Of a stretch of DNA of 64,000 nucleotides, positions 20,851 to 30,626 are shown piece after piece. Position 1 is the first letter of the stretch; each line of letters begins with the position of its first letter. The notes beneath the pieces were generated by a model, which saw nothing but the letters and a program-made list of their open reading frames with translations, was not told the DNA's origin and ran no database searches. This stretch comes from Clostridia bacterium (GTDB lineage: Bacteria; Bacillota; Clostridia; Oscillospirales; CAG-272): NCBI GenBank assembly GCA_017467815.1, contig JAFUKI010000077.1:4797-68796 (forward strand), written 5' to 3'. The translations under genes were made by a program, and so were the position numbers.

Positions 20851-21195
20851 ATGCCCGGTACCAGAAAACTCGGCAGACCCACGGCTCACAGAAACGCTAT
20901 GCTGCGTGGTATGGTAACCTACCTCATCGAGAACGGTTCCATCGAAACCACCCTGACTCGCGCTAAGGAAGTTCGTGCCATTGCTGAAAAGATGATTACC
21001 CTTGGCAAGAAGAACACCCTTGCAAGCCGTCGTGCTGCTCTCGCATACATCACCAAAGAAGATGTTGTAAAGAAGCTCTTCGACGAAACTGCGCCCAAGT
21101 ACGCAGACCGCACTGGTGGTTATACACAGATCTATAAGCTCGGTCCCCGCCGCGGTGATGCAGCCGAAATGGCTCTCATCAAGCTCGTAGACTAA
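20851..21195 (+). CDS. rplQ: 50S ribosomal protein L17
   Basis: 114 aa. AAGGAGG lies 9 nt upstream. Confidence 0.97.
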   Translation: MPGTRKLGRPTAHRNAMLRGMVTYLIENGSIETTLTRAKEVRAIAEKMITLGKKNTLASRRAALAYITKEDVVKKLFDETAPKYADRTGGYTQIYKLGPRRGDAAEMALIKLVD

Positions 21196-21208
21196 TCTTC
21201 ACCAACCT

Positions 21209-21250
21209 ACACCGGATTCATCAGAGTCCGGTGTTTTTGTTTTCTTTTTT
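21209..21250 (+). terminator. Rho-independent terminator of the ribosomal superoperon
   Basis: ACACCGGA (21209-21216) pairs with TCCGGTGT (21227-21234), followed by a long T-rich tract. Confidence 0.85.
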
Positions 21251-21270
21251 TGCAGAGGCTGTTGCATTAA

Positions 21271-21353
21271 GCAGGGGAGGGGGAAACACTTTTTGCGAAA
21301 AAGTATTTCCCCCTCCCCTGCACCCCTCCCTCTTTTCAAAAAACTTCAAAAAA
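21271..21353 (+). repeat. Dispersed hairpin repeat, copy 2
   Basis: GCAGGGGAGGGGGAAA..TTTTTGCGAAAAA..TTTCCCCCTCCCCTGC plus a TTTTCAAAAAACTTCAAAAAA tail. Confidence 0.9.
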
Positions 21354-21509
21354 GGGATTAGCAACAGAAATATTAGATTGATTTAAGGGATGCAGGTTTA
21401 CAAATAACAGTTTTGTGCTCTTTTTCTTAGTTTTTAAAAGTTTTCCTTCCCCCAAAAATTATACTTGCAACAACTCTGCACCCACCCTCTTTAAAAACGA
21501 TGAATATGG

Positions 21510-21538
21510 TTGACATGGGGTGGGGTTTGGAGTATAAT
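21510..21538 (+). promoter_or_regulatory. Consensus sigma-A promoter (GNAT gene)
   Basis: TTGACA (21510-21515), 17 nt spacer, TATAAT (21533-21538). Confidence 0.75.
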
Positions 21539-21569
21539 GTATTTATGTTAGATTTGTGGGGGATTTTTT

Positions 21570-22046
21570 ATGATTGTGCGGTTTTATCGGAGTGAAGATG
21601 TGCCGGCGATGCGGGAGATCTGGAATCAGGTTGTGGAAGATGGAATTGCTTTTCCGCAGCTGGATTGTCTGTCGGTTGAGGAAGCGGAGGTTTTCTTCGG
21701 GGAACAGACCTGCTGCGCGGTGGCTGAGCAGGATGGGCAGGTTGTTGGACTTTATATTCTCCATCCCAACAATATTGGACGCTGCGGGCATATTGGTAAT
21801 GCCAGTTATGCGGTGAAGCGGAATTGCCGCGGACTTGGTGCTGGCGAAGCATTGGTACGGCATTGTCTGGCAGCGGCAAAAGAGAAAGGTTTCCGTCTGC
21901 TGCAGTTCAATGCGGTGGTCAAGACCAATGAAGCAGCGCGGCATATTTATGAAAAGCTGGGTTTTGTAACCCTCGGCACGATCCCCGGCGGCTTCCGTAT
22001 GGATGACCGATATGAGGATATTGTACTGTATTATTATGCTCTGTAA
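21570..22046 (+). CDS. GNAT-family N-acetyltransferase
   Basis: 158 aa with a GNAT acetyl-CoA motif region (RGLGAGEALVRHCLAAAKEKGF). Confidence 0.85.
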   Translation: MIVRFYRSEDVPAMREIWNQVVEDGIAFPQLDCLSVEEAEVFFGEQTCCAVAEQDGQVVGLYILHPNNIGRCGHIGNASYAVKRNCRGLGAGEALVRHCLAAAKEKGFRLLQFNAVVKTNEAARHIYEKLGFVTLGTIPGGFRMDDRYEDIVLYYYAL

Positions 22047-22067
22047 ATAATGATCACCAAATAGAAA

Positions 22068-22091
22068 GGAGACCCGCCGGTCTCCCTTTTT
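22068..22091. terminator. Bidirectional terminator between convergent genes
   Basis: GGAGACC-CGCC-GGTCTCC hairpin with T-runs on both strands. Confidence 0.7.
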
Positions 22092-22094
22092 GTT

Positions 22095-23345
22095 TCAGTT
22101 CACTTTGTTGAGCCTGGTATCTCTGTCTATATACCAGCCAGCAGAAGCACGATCGTTGAAGGAAATACAATACATGAGATCATACCCTTCGATCGTTTCT
22201 GACAGAGGAATACAGAAATATTTGTCATCCTGGGAATAATTGCTTACAATTTCAGCAAAGCTGCAGTGCTGTTTGTTTTCTGCACCGTTGATCTCGTATG
22301 CAATATCGATCCCGTCCATATCCGCATTGCTTGTCGTGAATTTTATGGAAACATCCTCATCATTGTATTCCCATGTACCCTCCATTATGTAGAGGTTCTT
22401 GATATCGACAATATCGTAAGAAGAACTGTATCCAAGGTTGACCGCTGTACAAACCAAAGAATACGTCACTTCAAGAGGGGCATGAGCAGTTGTGGTGGCA
22501 TGAATGCAAACTTCGTGATAACCGTTTGGCAGATCACGGTCATATTGCAGTTCGATATGCTCAAAAGACAGCGACATAAATTTGTAATACGACAGAATTT
22601 GGTCGATCGCCAGCTGTGCGCGTTCGCTCAAAATGATCTCCTCACTTGGACGCACCATTTCATAAGAGTTGTCAATACACCAGTAAGCACTATCGGGAGA
22701 AGCGGCTTCCGAGAAGAAAAATAACTGTTCACACGCAGCAGGACTGATCAGAATCAGCTTTACACCGTTATATCCGCCTGCTCTGCCATCTATCGAAAGG
22801 GCGTACAATGAAGTAGCGGTACCGCTGACACCGTCTATACAGTAATCATAAGTAACCTCTTTGTCGGAGATATCTTTGATATTCAGAGAATAATCTTCTT
22901 CATAAAACCATTCACCGAGCAGATAATCCATGTTTTCAATATCCCCAAGAGATAGTCCATAATGATCATATGTCCATTCACCTGTTGCACTGTCAAGAGT
23001 ATAGACCATCTTGACATTCATCGAAGTGACAAGGGGGGCATAAGTAACACTGTCAGAATACGTAAAATCAAAAGTAAAAAAGGTATCGGAAAATTCTGTA
23101 TACGCCATATTGGTAATTGTAAGGCGGTTGGCATCTATAGCCAGTCTTTCTGCCAGAAGTGCCTGTGCCGTTTCCACATCCACTGGAGGTTCTGTTTCTT
23201 CCACAGGCGGTTCGGTTTCTGCCGGTTTGGTTTCAACGATCGTCGGCTTGGTTTCAAGGGTCTCCTCCGGAACATCGCTGGAACAACCATACAGTCCGGC
23301 AGACAATAAAACCATAAAAAGGAACATCGCAATGCATTTTTTCAT
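22095..23345 (-). CDS. Lipoprotein of unknown function
   Basis: MKKCIAMFLFMVLLSAGLYGCSS is a signal peptide plus lipobox. A Pro/Glu/Thr-rich linker follows, and the protein has internally repeated modules. Confidence 0.7.
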   Translation of the reverse strand: MKKCIAMFLFMVLLSAGLYGCSSDVPEETLETKPTIVETKPAETEPPVEETEPPVDVETAQALLAERLAIDANRLTITNMAYTEFSDTFFTFDFTYSDSVTYAPLVTSMNVKMVYTLDSATGEWTYDHYGLSLGDIENMDYLLGEWFYEEDYSLNIKDISDKEVTYDYCIDGVSGTATSLYALSIDGRAGGYNGVKLILISPAACEQLFFFSEAASPDSAYWCIDNSYEMVRPSEEIILSERAQLAIDQILSYYKFMSLSFEHIELQYDRDLPNGYHEVCIHATTTAHAPLEVTYSLVCTAVNLGYSSSYDIVDIKNLYIMEGTWEYNDEDVSIKFTTSNADMDGIDIAYEINGAENKQHCSFAEIVSNYSQDDKYFCIPLSETIEGYDLMYCISFNDRASAGWYIDRDTRLNKVN

Positions 23346-23580
23346 AATGTAACTCCTTAAATTGATCATTCGCTGATAAACCCACTCTCATAACGGGTAA
23401 CCGGGAAAAAAGACAAAAGAATACAATACAGAGTCATCAGCTCATACTAATTATAGCACAATAATGCCGTTTTGAAAAGTTCTTTTCTGTACACTCTCTG
23501 ACTTTTCTATAAACTCCCCAAAATTATGTGCAAGAATATTACGCATGGTGAGGACATACACATAAAAACCATTTCAGATC

Positions 23581-23651
23581 TTTTCAAAGTTTTTGAAAAG
23601 ATAGGGGTTTGGGGGAAGAAAAACTTTTTTCAAAAAGTTTTTCTTCCCCCA
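23581..23651 (-). repeat. Dispersed hairpin repeat, copy 3 (inverted)
   Basis: TGGGGGAAGAAAAACTTTTTTCAAAAAGTTTTTCTTCCCCCA with a TTTTCAAAGTTTTTGAAAAG module. It starts 17 nt after the aroF stop, in gene sense. Confidence 0.9.
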
Positions 23652-23667
23652 AAAAATTAACGATCCC

Positions 23668-24696
23668 TCAAACCAATTCAGCAATGTCGTAAATCAGGCG
23701 TTCTGTCTTTTCCCAGCCGAGGCAGGGGTCGGTGATGGACTTACCATAGATGCATTCGCCGATTTTCTGGGCGCCGTCTTCGATGTAGCTTTCAATCATG
23801 AAGCCTTTGACCATTTTTTTGATATCGGCACTGTGGCGGCAGCTGTACAGAACTTCCTTCACGATACGGGGCTGTTCCAGATACTTTTTACCGGAGTTTG
23901 CGTGGTTGGTGTCAATGATGGCGGCAGGATTGGCAAGACCGCTGGCTGCGTAGATCTCGCACAGATTCAGCAGATCTTCAAAATGATAGTTGGGCATGGA
24001 ATGACCCTGCTTGTTCACATAGCCGCGCATGATGGCATGGCTCAGGGGGTTACCCTGGGAATGTACCTCCCAGCCGCGGTAGATGAACGTGTGGGCGTGC
24101 TGCGCGGCTGTGATGGCGTTCATCATAACGGACAGATCGCCGCCGGTGGGGTTCTTCATACCAACCGGAATGGACAAACCGCTGGCGGTCAGACGGTGCT
24201 GCTGATTTTCCACAGAACGGGCGCCGATGGCTACATACGCCAGAATATCGTTCAGATACCGGTAATTTTCCGGGTACAGCATTTCGTCCGCACAGGTGAA
24301 TCCCGTTTCCTTCAAGGCACGGATGTGCAGTTCGCGGATGGTAACGATACCCTTGTACATATCCGGTTTTTCGTTGGGGTCGGGCTGGTGCAGCATACCC
24401 TTGTAGCCATCCCCTGTGGTTCTGGGCTTATTTGTGTAGATACGGGGAATAATGTATACCTTATCCTTAACCTTCTCCTGGATCTCTGCCAGACGACTGA
24501 TGTAATCCAGTACACTGTCTTCATTGTCCGCAGAGCAGGGACCGATGATCAGAAGGAACTTGTCGGACGCACCGGTGAAAATATCCGCGATCTCCTTTTC
24601 TCTCCGGGTAACGACCTGCTGCTGTTCGGCGGTCAGAGGGTACATCTTCTTCACATCCATGGGGATGGGCAGTTTTCTTTCAAAAATCATATTCAT
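23668..24696 (-). CDS. aroF: 3-deoxy-7-phosphoheptulonate (DAHP) synthase, class I
   Basis: 342 aa with family-typical sequence (GPCSADNEDS.., IYTNKPRTT..GYKGMLHQPDP). Confidence 0.9.
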   Translation of the reverse strand: MNMIFERKLPIPMDVKKMYPLTAEQQQVVTRREKEIADIFTGASDKFLLIIGPCSADNEDSVLDYISRLAEIQEKVKDKVYIIPRIYTNKPRTTGDGYKGMLHQPDPNEKPDMYKGIVTIRELHIRALKETGFTCADEMLYPENYRYLNDILAYVAIGARSVENQQHRLTASGLSIPVGMKNPTGGDLSVMMNAITAAQHAHTFIYRGWEVHSQGNPLSHAIMRGYVNKQGHSMPNYHFEDLLNLCEIYAASGLANPAAIIDTNHANSGKKYLEQPRIVKEVLYSCRHSADIKKMVKGFMIESYIEDGAQKIGECIYGKSITDPCLGWEKTERLIYDIAELV

Positions 24697-24716
24697 AACA
24701 CAAAATCTCCGTTTCT

Positions 24717-25574
24717 TTACTTTTTATCAAACAACGCCCGTCTTGCTGTAGACTGACGCATCATTTCCTGCATATCTTCCATATTTCCGTCGGCAATCAT
24801 GTCACGCAGGGAAACAAACTGCTTCAGGAATAAATCCATCTGGTCGAGAAGTGCATCTCTGTTTTCCATAAACAGCTCGCTCCACATATACTCGTTGATC
24901 CGCGCAATTCGCGTCAGATCCCGGAAAGAGTCACCGGTGAACTTCTCCATGTTTTCCTTGTCATTACAGGTCATCAGGGCAACGGCAATACAGTGGGTCA
25001 GCTGGGAGAGGAAACCGATCATTTCGTCATGTTCTTCCGGCGAAAGCTCCGCTACATTGGTGAACCCCAGCAGAAGACCCAATTCCTTACAGGTGGCAAT
25101 CGCTTCGGGGGTGTTCTTTTCGGTGGGGGTGACAATGTAGTTCGCACCGATGAAAATCCGCGACGTACTGTTTTCCACCCCGGAAACTTCCCGTCCTGCC
25201 ATGGGGTGCGCGGCAATGAATTCCACATCTTCCCGAAGCATATCCTGAATCTTGTATACAATACTGCCTTTGACACCGGTTACGTCCGTGATCAGCGCGC
25301 CGGGCTTGAAGTATTTCTGATTTTCCCGGATCCATTCCACAAATACGTGGGGATACAACGCGAAGATCAGCAGATCCGCTTCCCCGATCATCCGGGGATT
25401 AATTGCCGTAGTCCCTTCGTCGATCAGTCCTTTTTCCAGGGCATAATCGATGGAACTCTGGGACTTCGTAATGGCGGAAATGTGAAAACCGAACCGTTTC
25501 AGAGCTTCGGCATAACTTCCGCCCAGAAGCCCAAGTCCCACAATCATCACTTTTTTGTTTACATCAATAATCAT
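24717..25574 (-). CDS. tyrA: Prephenate dehydrogenase
   Basis: 285 aa with a GLGLLGGS Rossmann motif, sitting within the aro operon. Confidence 0.88.
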   Translation of the reverse strand: MIIDVNKKVMIVGLGLLGGSYAEALKRFGFHISAITKSQSSIDYALEKGLIDEGTTAINPRMIGEADLLIFALYPHVFVEWIRENQKYFKPGALITDVTGVKGSIVYKIQDMLREDVEFIAAHPMAGREVSGVENSTSRIFIGANYIVTPTEKNTPEAIATCKELGLLLGFTNVAELSPEEHDEMIGFLSQLTHCIAVALMTCNDKENMEKFTGDSFRDLTRIARINEYMWSELFMENRDALLDQMDLFLKQFVSLRDMIADGNMEDMQEMMRQSTARRALFDKK

Positions 25575-26779
25575 AGTATCTCAACCTTTCCGCTCAGACA
25601 TTCCATATCTTCAAAAAATCCTGGATAACTTTTGCGAACTGCTTCCGCACCGGCGATTTCACCGCCCACAGCACTGAGCACCACTGCCATCGCCATGACA
25701 ATCCGATGATCGTTGTGTCCGTCGATGATGGTTTCGGGCGCATGAAGTACCTGTCCGCCGGGGACTGTGATCCGGTTCTCCTCACAAACCAGAGTGATAC
25801 CCACCTTGGCAAGCTCCTCTGCCATCGCCGCACCACGGTCGCTTTCCTTAACCGCCAGTCTTGCTGTACCGGTGAAAACGCCGCCGTTTTTCAGAGCAGC
25901 CACCGCCAGCAGAACCGGACCAAGATCGGGACAGTCGGAAATATCAATCACAGGCGCGCCGGCACATAATGCAGGATAATGTTCCTTATATACCCGATCC
26001 CCCTGCAGACTGTCCGCCGCCAGACCGCCGACCCGTACATCGCACCCGATACAGTTGAAGGCATCCAGAAAAGCCGCATTGGAAAAATCCCCTTCCACAT
26101 CCCCGGAAAACGGCGCAAACTGCAGTCCGCCGGGAATATAAATGTGATATTCATCCGTGAAGCGAACCGGAATCCCGGCTTTTTCCAGTGCAGAAATGGT
26201 CAGAAGCACGTAGGAACGGCTTTCAAAGGGGGGGAGTATTCCGATATGGCTGTCACCGGAACGGGTCGCCAGAGCGAGAATCATGCCGCTTATGAACTGG
26301 CTGCTGATATCTCCCCGGATCCTGTATTCCCCATGGGTCAGATTGCCGCATACCGTGATTTCCCCCGGTGCGCGTGTGAAGGAAAATCCCTTCTCCCGGC
26401 ACAGGTCTTCGTAAATATCCATGGGCCGTTCCATCAGCCGCCCTTTGCCCCGGAATGTCATGGGTCTGCCGCAGCATAAAGCCATGGGCAGGAGAAACCG
26501 CAGGGTACTTCCGCTTTCCCGGCAGTTCAGAATTGCGCCGTCTCCGCGGAACATTCCCCTGCCGTCCACGGTTACGGTACTGCCGTCCGTGGTGAATTTG
26601 GCGCCGAAGGCTGTCATACAGTCCATGGTGGCGAGAATATCCTCGGAATAGTCCACACCGCCCACAACGCTGATTCCGTCCGCCAGAGCCGCGCAGATCA
26701 GATGTCTGTGTGCCATACTTTTGGAAGGAGGCGCCTGGACCGTACCGTGCAGAAGGGAGGGAGTAATACGGACGTTCAT
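25571..26779 (-). CDS. aroA: 3-phosphoshikimate 1-carboxyvinyltransferase (EPSP synthase)
   Basis: 402 aa with a PPSKSMAHR motif. Confidence 0.93.
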   Translation of the reverse strand: MNVRITPSLLHGTVQAPPSKSMAHRHLICAALADGISVVGGVDYSEDILATMDCMTAFGAKFTTDGSTVTVDGRGMFRGDGAILNCRESGSTLRFLLPMALCCGRPMTFRGKGRLMERPMDIYEDLCREKGFSFTRAPGEITVCGNLTHGEYRIRGDISSQFISGMILALATRSGDSHIGILPPFESRSYVLLTISALEKAGIPVRFTDEYHIYIPGGLQFAPFSGDVEGDFSNAAFLDAFNCIGCDVRVGGLAADSLQGDRVYKEHYPALCAGAPVIDISDCPDLGPVLLAVAALKNGGVFTGTARLAVKESDRGAAMAEELAKVGITLVCEENRITVPGGQVLHAPETIIDGHNDHRIVMAMAVVLSAVGGEIAGAEAVRKSYPGFFEDMECLSGKVEIL

Positions 26780-27216
26780 TTTCCATCCCCCACAGTCTGC
26801 GCCAGATAATCAATGGCTTCCAGATACCCGTCCGTGCCCTTGCCGGTGATGGTCTTCACGCAGGCGTAGCGTACATAGCTGATCTGCCGGAAAGGTTCGC
26901 GCTCGTCCACTTTGGAGATGTGTACCTCAACCGTCGGAATGGATACAGCCTTCAGTGCATCCAGAAGGGCGACACTGGTATGGGTATAGGCGCCGGGGTT
27001 GATGACGATGCCGTCGATGTTCCCGTAAGCCGCCTGGATCCGATCCACCAGATCCCCTTCGTGATTGGACTGGTAGGTTTCCACCGCAATGCCGTTGTCC
27101 GCGCAGTGCTTCTCGATCTTGGCGATCAGGGAAGCGAAATTTTCTTTTCCGTATATAGCAGGTTCACGGATACCCAACATATTGATATTGGGACCGTTGA
27201 TAACCAGAATTTTCAT
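26776..27216 (-). CDS. aroQ: Type II 3-dehydroquinate dehydratase
   Basis: 146 aa (MKILVINGPNINMLGIREP..). Confidence 0.95.
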   Translation of the reverse strand: MKILVINGPNINMLGIREPAIYGKENFASLIAKIEKHCADNGIAVETYQSNHEGDLVDRIQAAYGNIDGIVINPGAYTHTSVALLDALKAVSIPTVEVHISKVDEREPFRQISYVRYACVKTITGKGTDGYLEAIDYLAQTVGDGK

Positions 27217-27226
27217 GATGGTTCTC

Positions 27227-28477
27227 CTATCTGTGTAAACTCAAAATCTTCTCCGCGTTGATCTCCGGGTCCTCATTCATCGGCACAATCACATCCGCCG
27301 TACCGCAGTACCGCCCGTAACGCTCCGCATACCGCCTGCGTATCGCATCAGCAGAATTGGCAGTAGGTCTGTCCGCCGTAGGAAGCAGCTTGTCCAAAGG
27401 CCGATCCAAAAAGTAGATCTTCCCGTTCTGCCGCAGTGCATCCATGTTGTCATCCCGAAGAATCGCACCGCCGCCGGTAGCGATCACCAAAGCACTGTTC
27501 TTCCCCACCTCGGCAACCACATCCCGTTCCCGTTCTCTGAAACCGGCTTCACCGAATTTCTCGAAAATCTCCGGAATTTCCATGCCGTACTTCTTCACGA
27601 TTTCCACATCCGTGTCCACAAAAGTACGTCCGGTCTCTTCCGCCAGCAGCCTGCCCACCGTGGTTTTCCCGGACGCCGGCATACCGGTCAGAACAATATT
27701 CTGCTTGGAAAGGAAGATCTCTCTGTAGGTTTCTTCAATAATCTCCGGCTCATAGGTCTTGCCTGTGAACTTTTCCGCCGCAAATACCGCCTGGGCAACC
27801 AGCATATATAACCCGCCTTCCGCCGGAATGCCCTTTTCCCTGGCATCCATAATCAGACGGGAAGCGAGAGGGTTGTAAATCGCATCAAACACGCCGGACA
27901 GATTGGGGAAGCAGTTTATATCCACCGGAGATACACCGGGATTCGGATACATTCCCACAGGAGTGGTGTTCAGGATCACACCGGCGTCCCAGTGCTGACG
28001 GGAAGCCTGTTCGTAGGTGATCACACCGGGCTTTTCTGTGCGGCTGACCACGATAATCTCCCCGGCATCCATGGCTTCGGCAACAGCACGTGCCGTACGG
28101 GAAGTACCGCCGGTGCCGAGGATGAGTACCTTTTTCCCGGCAAGGGAGATCCCGGCACGGGTGATACAGCTTTTCATCCCGAAAAAGTCCGTGTTGTAAC
28201 CGTACAGTTTGCCGTCCCGGTTCACAATGGTGTTGACTGCCCCGATGGAACGGGCGATATCGCTGATCTCGTGCAGATATGGGATTACATCCTGCTTGTA
28301 GGGGATGGTGACGTTGATGGCGGTGAATTCTCTCGCCGTCATAAAGGCATCCAGTTCCTCCTTGGGGACTTCTCTGATGGTATACTCATAGGTTTCGATT
28401 CTGTTGTGTATTTCTTTTGAAAAACTGTGGGAAAGATGTTCCCCGATACAGCCGTAGGTCATACTTTTCACCTTCAT
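27227..28477 (-). CDS. aroE: Bifunctional shikimate dehydrogenase / shikimate kinase fusion
   Basis: 416 aa. The N-terminal ~270 aa are AroE-like (YGCIGEHLSHSFSKEIHN). The C-terminal ~150 aa carry the GMPASGKTTVGRLLA P-loop of AroK. Stop codon is TAG. Confidence 0.88.
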   Translation of the reverse strand: MKVKSMTYGCIGEHLSHSFSKEIHNRIETYEYTIREVPKEELDAFMTAREFTAINVTIPYKQDVIPYLHEISDIARSIGAVNTIVNRDGKLYGYNTDFFGMKSCITRAGISLAGKKVLILGTGGTSRTARAVAEAMDAGEIIVVSRTEKPGVITYEQASRQHWDAGVILNTTPVGMYPNPGVSPVDINCFPNLSGVFDAIYNPLASRLIMDAREKGIPAEGGLYMLVAQAVFAAEKFTGKTYEPEIIEETYREIFLSKQNIVLTGMPASGKTTVGRLLAEETGRTFVDTDVEIVKKYGMEIPEIFEKFGEAGFRERERDVVAEVGKNSALVIATGGGAILRDDNMDALRQNGKIYFLDRPLDKLLPTADRPTANSADAIRRRYAERYGRYCGTADVIVPMNEDPEINAEKILSLHR

Positions 28478-28518
28478 TTATTGTATAATCGTGTGATACA
28501 GCAATCAGGCGCCGTGCT

Positions 28519-29607
28519 TCACACAAGATAATCCGTTCCGTATCTCTGCGCCAGCATATCACAAAGCGCCAACGCCGTTACACTGTCCACGACCACTCTT
28601 GCCCGATGGATAATGGCAGGATCGTGCCGTCCATGAATAAGCAGAGGGGCATTTTCCATTCTGGCAAAATCCACCGTTTCCTGTTCCTTGTAGATGGAAG
28701 GCGTGGGTTTGACGACACAGGAGAAGAGAAGAGGCATACCGTTGGTAATACCGCCGTTGATGCCGCCGTTGTTGTTGGTGGCGGTAACGATTTTCTCACC
28801 GTCCATGCGGAAGTTGTCGTTGACTTCACTGCCGAAGCGGTCCGCCATGTCAAATCCCATTCCGAACTGCACACCCTTCACACCGGGGATGCTGAACAGA
28901 ATATGGGACAGAACGCTTTCCACCGAATCAAACCACGGCTCGCCCACACCGGCAGGCATACCGATGACGGCAGTTTCCAGAATACCGCCCACGCTGTCGC
29001 CCATTTCCGCCGCCTGGGTGATCTTCATTTCCATTTCCTTCGCCCGGATTTCGTCCAGTACGGCAAATTCCAGTTCGTTCACCGCCGCCAGATCCGCTGG
29101 CAGATCGCCGAATGCCCGATCTTCCACACCGGCACAGCGGCGGATATGGGTACCGATCACAATCCCCTTGTTCCGGAGGATCTGAATGGCAATGGCACCT
29201 GCCGCCACCAGTCCGGCTGTGACCCGACCGCTGAAATGACCGCCGCCCCTGTAATCCTCGAAACCGTGGTATTTGCAGTTGGCGGTGTAATCGGCATGAC
29301 CCGGACGGGCGAGAAACCGCGTGGCGCTGTAATCCTTGCTTTTGGTGTTCTGATTGGGGATGGAGATCATAATGGGCGTACCGGTGGTCTTTCCATCAAA
29401 TACACCGCTGGCAATCACAAAAGGATCTTCCTCCTGACGGGCAGTGGAAATTCTGCCTTTGGGACGGCGCAGGGTAAGCTGATGGGCGATAAATGCCTCA
29501 TCCACGGGAATACCGGGTGCCAGACCGTCCAGTACCGCACCGATCTGTCCGCCGTGGCTTTCACCGAATAGGGTAAGCGCAACACTCTGACCAAAGGTAT
29601 TTTTCAT
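28519..29607 (-). CDS. aroC: Chorismate synthase
   Basis: 362 aa (FGESHGGQIG.., GRHDPAI). Confidence 0.95.
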   Translation of the reverse strand: MKNTFGQSVALTLFGESHGGQIGAVLDGLAPGIPVDEAFIAHQLTLRRPKGRISTARQEEDPFVIASGVFDGKTTGTPIMISIPNQNTKSKDYSATRFLARPGHADYTANCKYHGFEDYRGGGHFSGRVTAGLVAAGAIAIQILRNKGIVIGTHIRRCAGVEDRAFGDLPADLAAVNELEFAVLDEIRAKEMEMKITQAAEMGDSVGGILETAVIGMPAGVGEPWFDSVESVLSHILFSIPGVKGVQFGMGFDMADRFGSEVNDNFRMDGEKIVTATNNNGGINGGITNGMPLLFSCVVKPTPSIYKEQETVDFARMENAPLLIHGRHDPAIIHRARVVVDSVTALALCDMLAQRYGTDYLV

Positions 29608-30626
29608 GCTTCCTTTCCTCCCACATACACCTTCAGGCGGTTTTCCAGTTCCTCATAGGTGATTTTCGTCAAATGGAATGTTCCCGGTTCTTCCACAGTG
29701 GTAACGGCAATGGTGTCCCCTTCGGATTTTTTGTCGTGTACCATGGCCTCTGTTATCTTTTCCAGAGAAAAATGATATTCCACAGGCAGACCCAGCTTCT
29801 GCAGAACCGGAATCAGCCGTTCTCTCACCGCCGGCGCACACATGGGAATCATGCCCAGCGCAACGCATTCCCCGTGATAATACCCGTGTAGTCCTTCTTC
29901 ACTCTCGATACCATGTCCGATGGTGTGCCCGAAGTTGAGAATCTTGCGCAGACCCATCTCTCTTTCGTCCTGTTCCACCACATATTTCTTGATCATCAGG
30001 GAACGGACGATCACCGTGTCGATAGCGGCAATGGGATCTTCTTTTTCAAACAGGGCAAACAGCTCCGCATCCGACGTAAGCGCCATTTTCACTGCTTCCG
30101 CCAGTCCGTTGACCACCTGCCGACGGGGCAGAGTAGCCAGCACATCCGGGTCAATGACCACTTTCTTCGGCTGATGGAAGGCACCTACGATATTCTTGAT
30201 GCCGCCCAGATTTACAGCAACTTTGCCGCCGATGGAGGAATCGATCTGGGACAGGGTGGTTGTGGGAATGTTGTAAAAATCCACACCGCGCATATAGGAC
30301 GCCGCCACAAATCCGGCAAGATCCCCCACCACGCCGCCGCCGACCGCGACCACGCAGTCCTTACGGGTGAATCCCTTGTCCAGCATCACCTTCAGCAGTG
30401 CTTCCCACTGTGCCGGGGATTTGCTGTCCTCACCCTGGGGTACGGTAACGATTACGGGATTTCTGCACTGTGCCGCAACGGTTTTCGCATACTCTGCCGG
30501 TACACCCTCGTCGGTAACGATCAGAACATTCCGGCGGAGAGGGAGCAGCTCGCCGACTTTCTGCAGGGAAGCTCTTTCAATGACAATGTCATAACTGCGT
30601 TCCCCCAACTGAACGGATAAAATCAT
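29604..30626 (-). CDS. aroB: 3-dehydroquinate synthase
   Basis: 340 aa with family motifs (GGGVVGDLAGFVAASYMRG). Confidence 0.93.
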   Translation of the reverse strand: MILSVQLGERSYDIVIERASLQKVGELLPLRRNVLIVTDEGVPAEYAKTVAAQCRNPVIVTVPQGEDSKSPAQWEALLKVMLDKGFTRKDCVVAVGGGVVGDLAGFVAASYMRGVDFYNIPTTTLSQIDSSIGGKVAVNLGGIKNIVGAFHQPKKVVIDPDVLATLPRRQVVNGLAEAVKMALTSDAELFALFEKEDPIAAIDTVIVRSLMIKKYVVEQDEREMGLRKILNFGHTIGHGIESEEGLHGYYHGECVALGMIPMCAPAVRERLIPVLQKLGLPVEYHFSLEKITEAMVHDKKSEGDTIAVTTVEEPGTFHLTKITYEELENRLKVYVGGKEA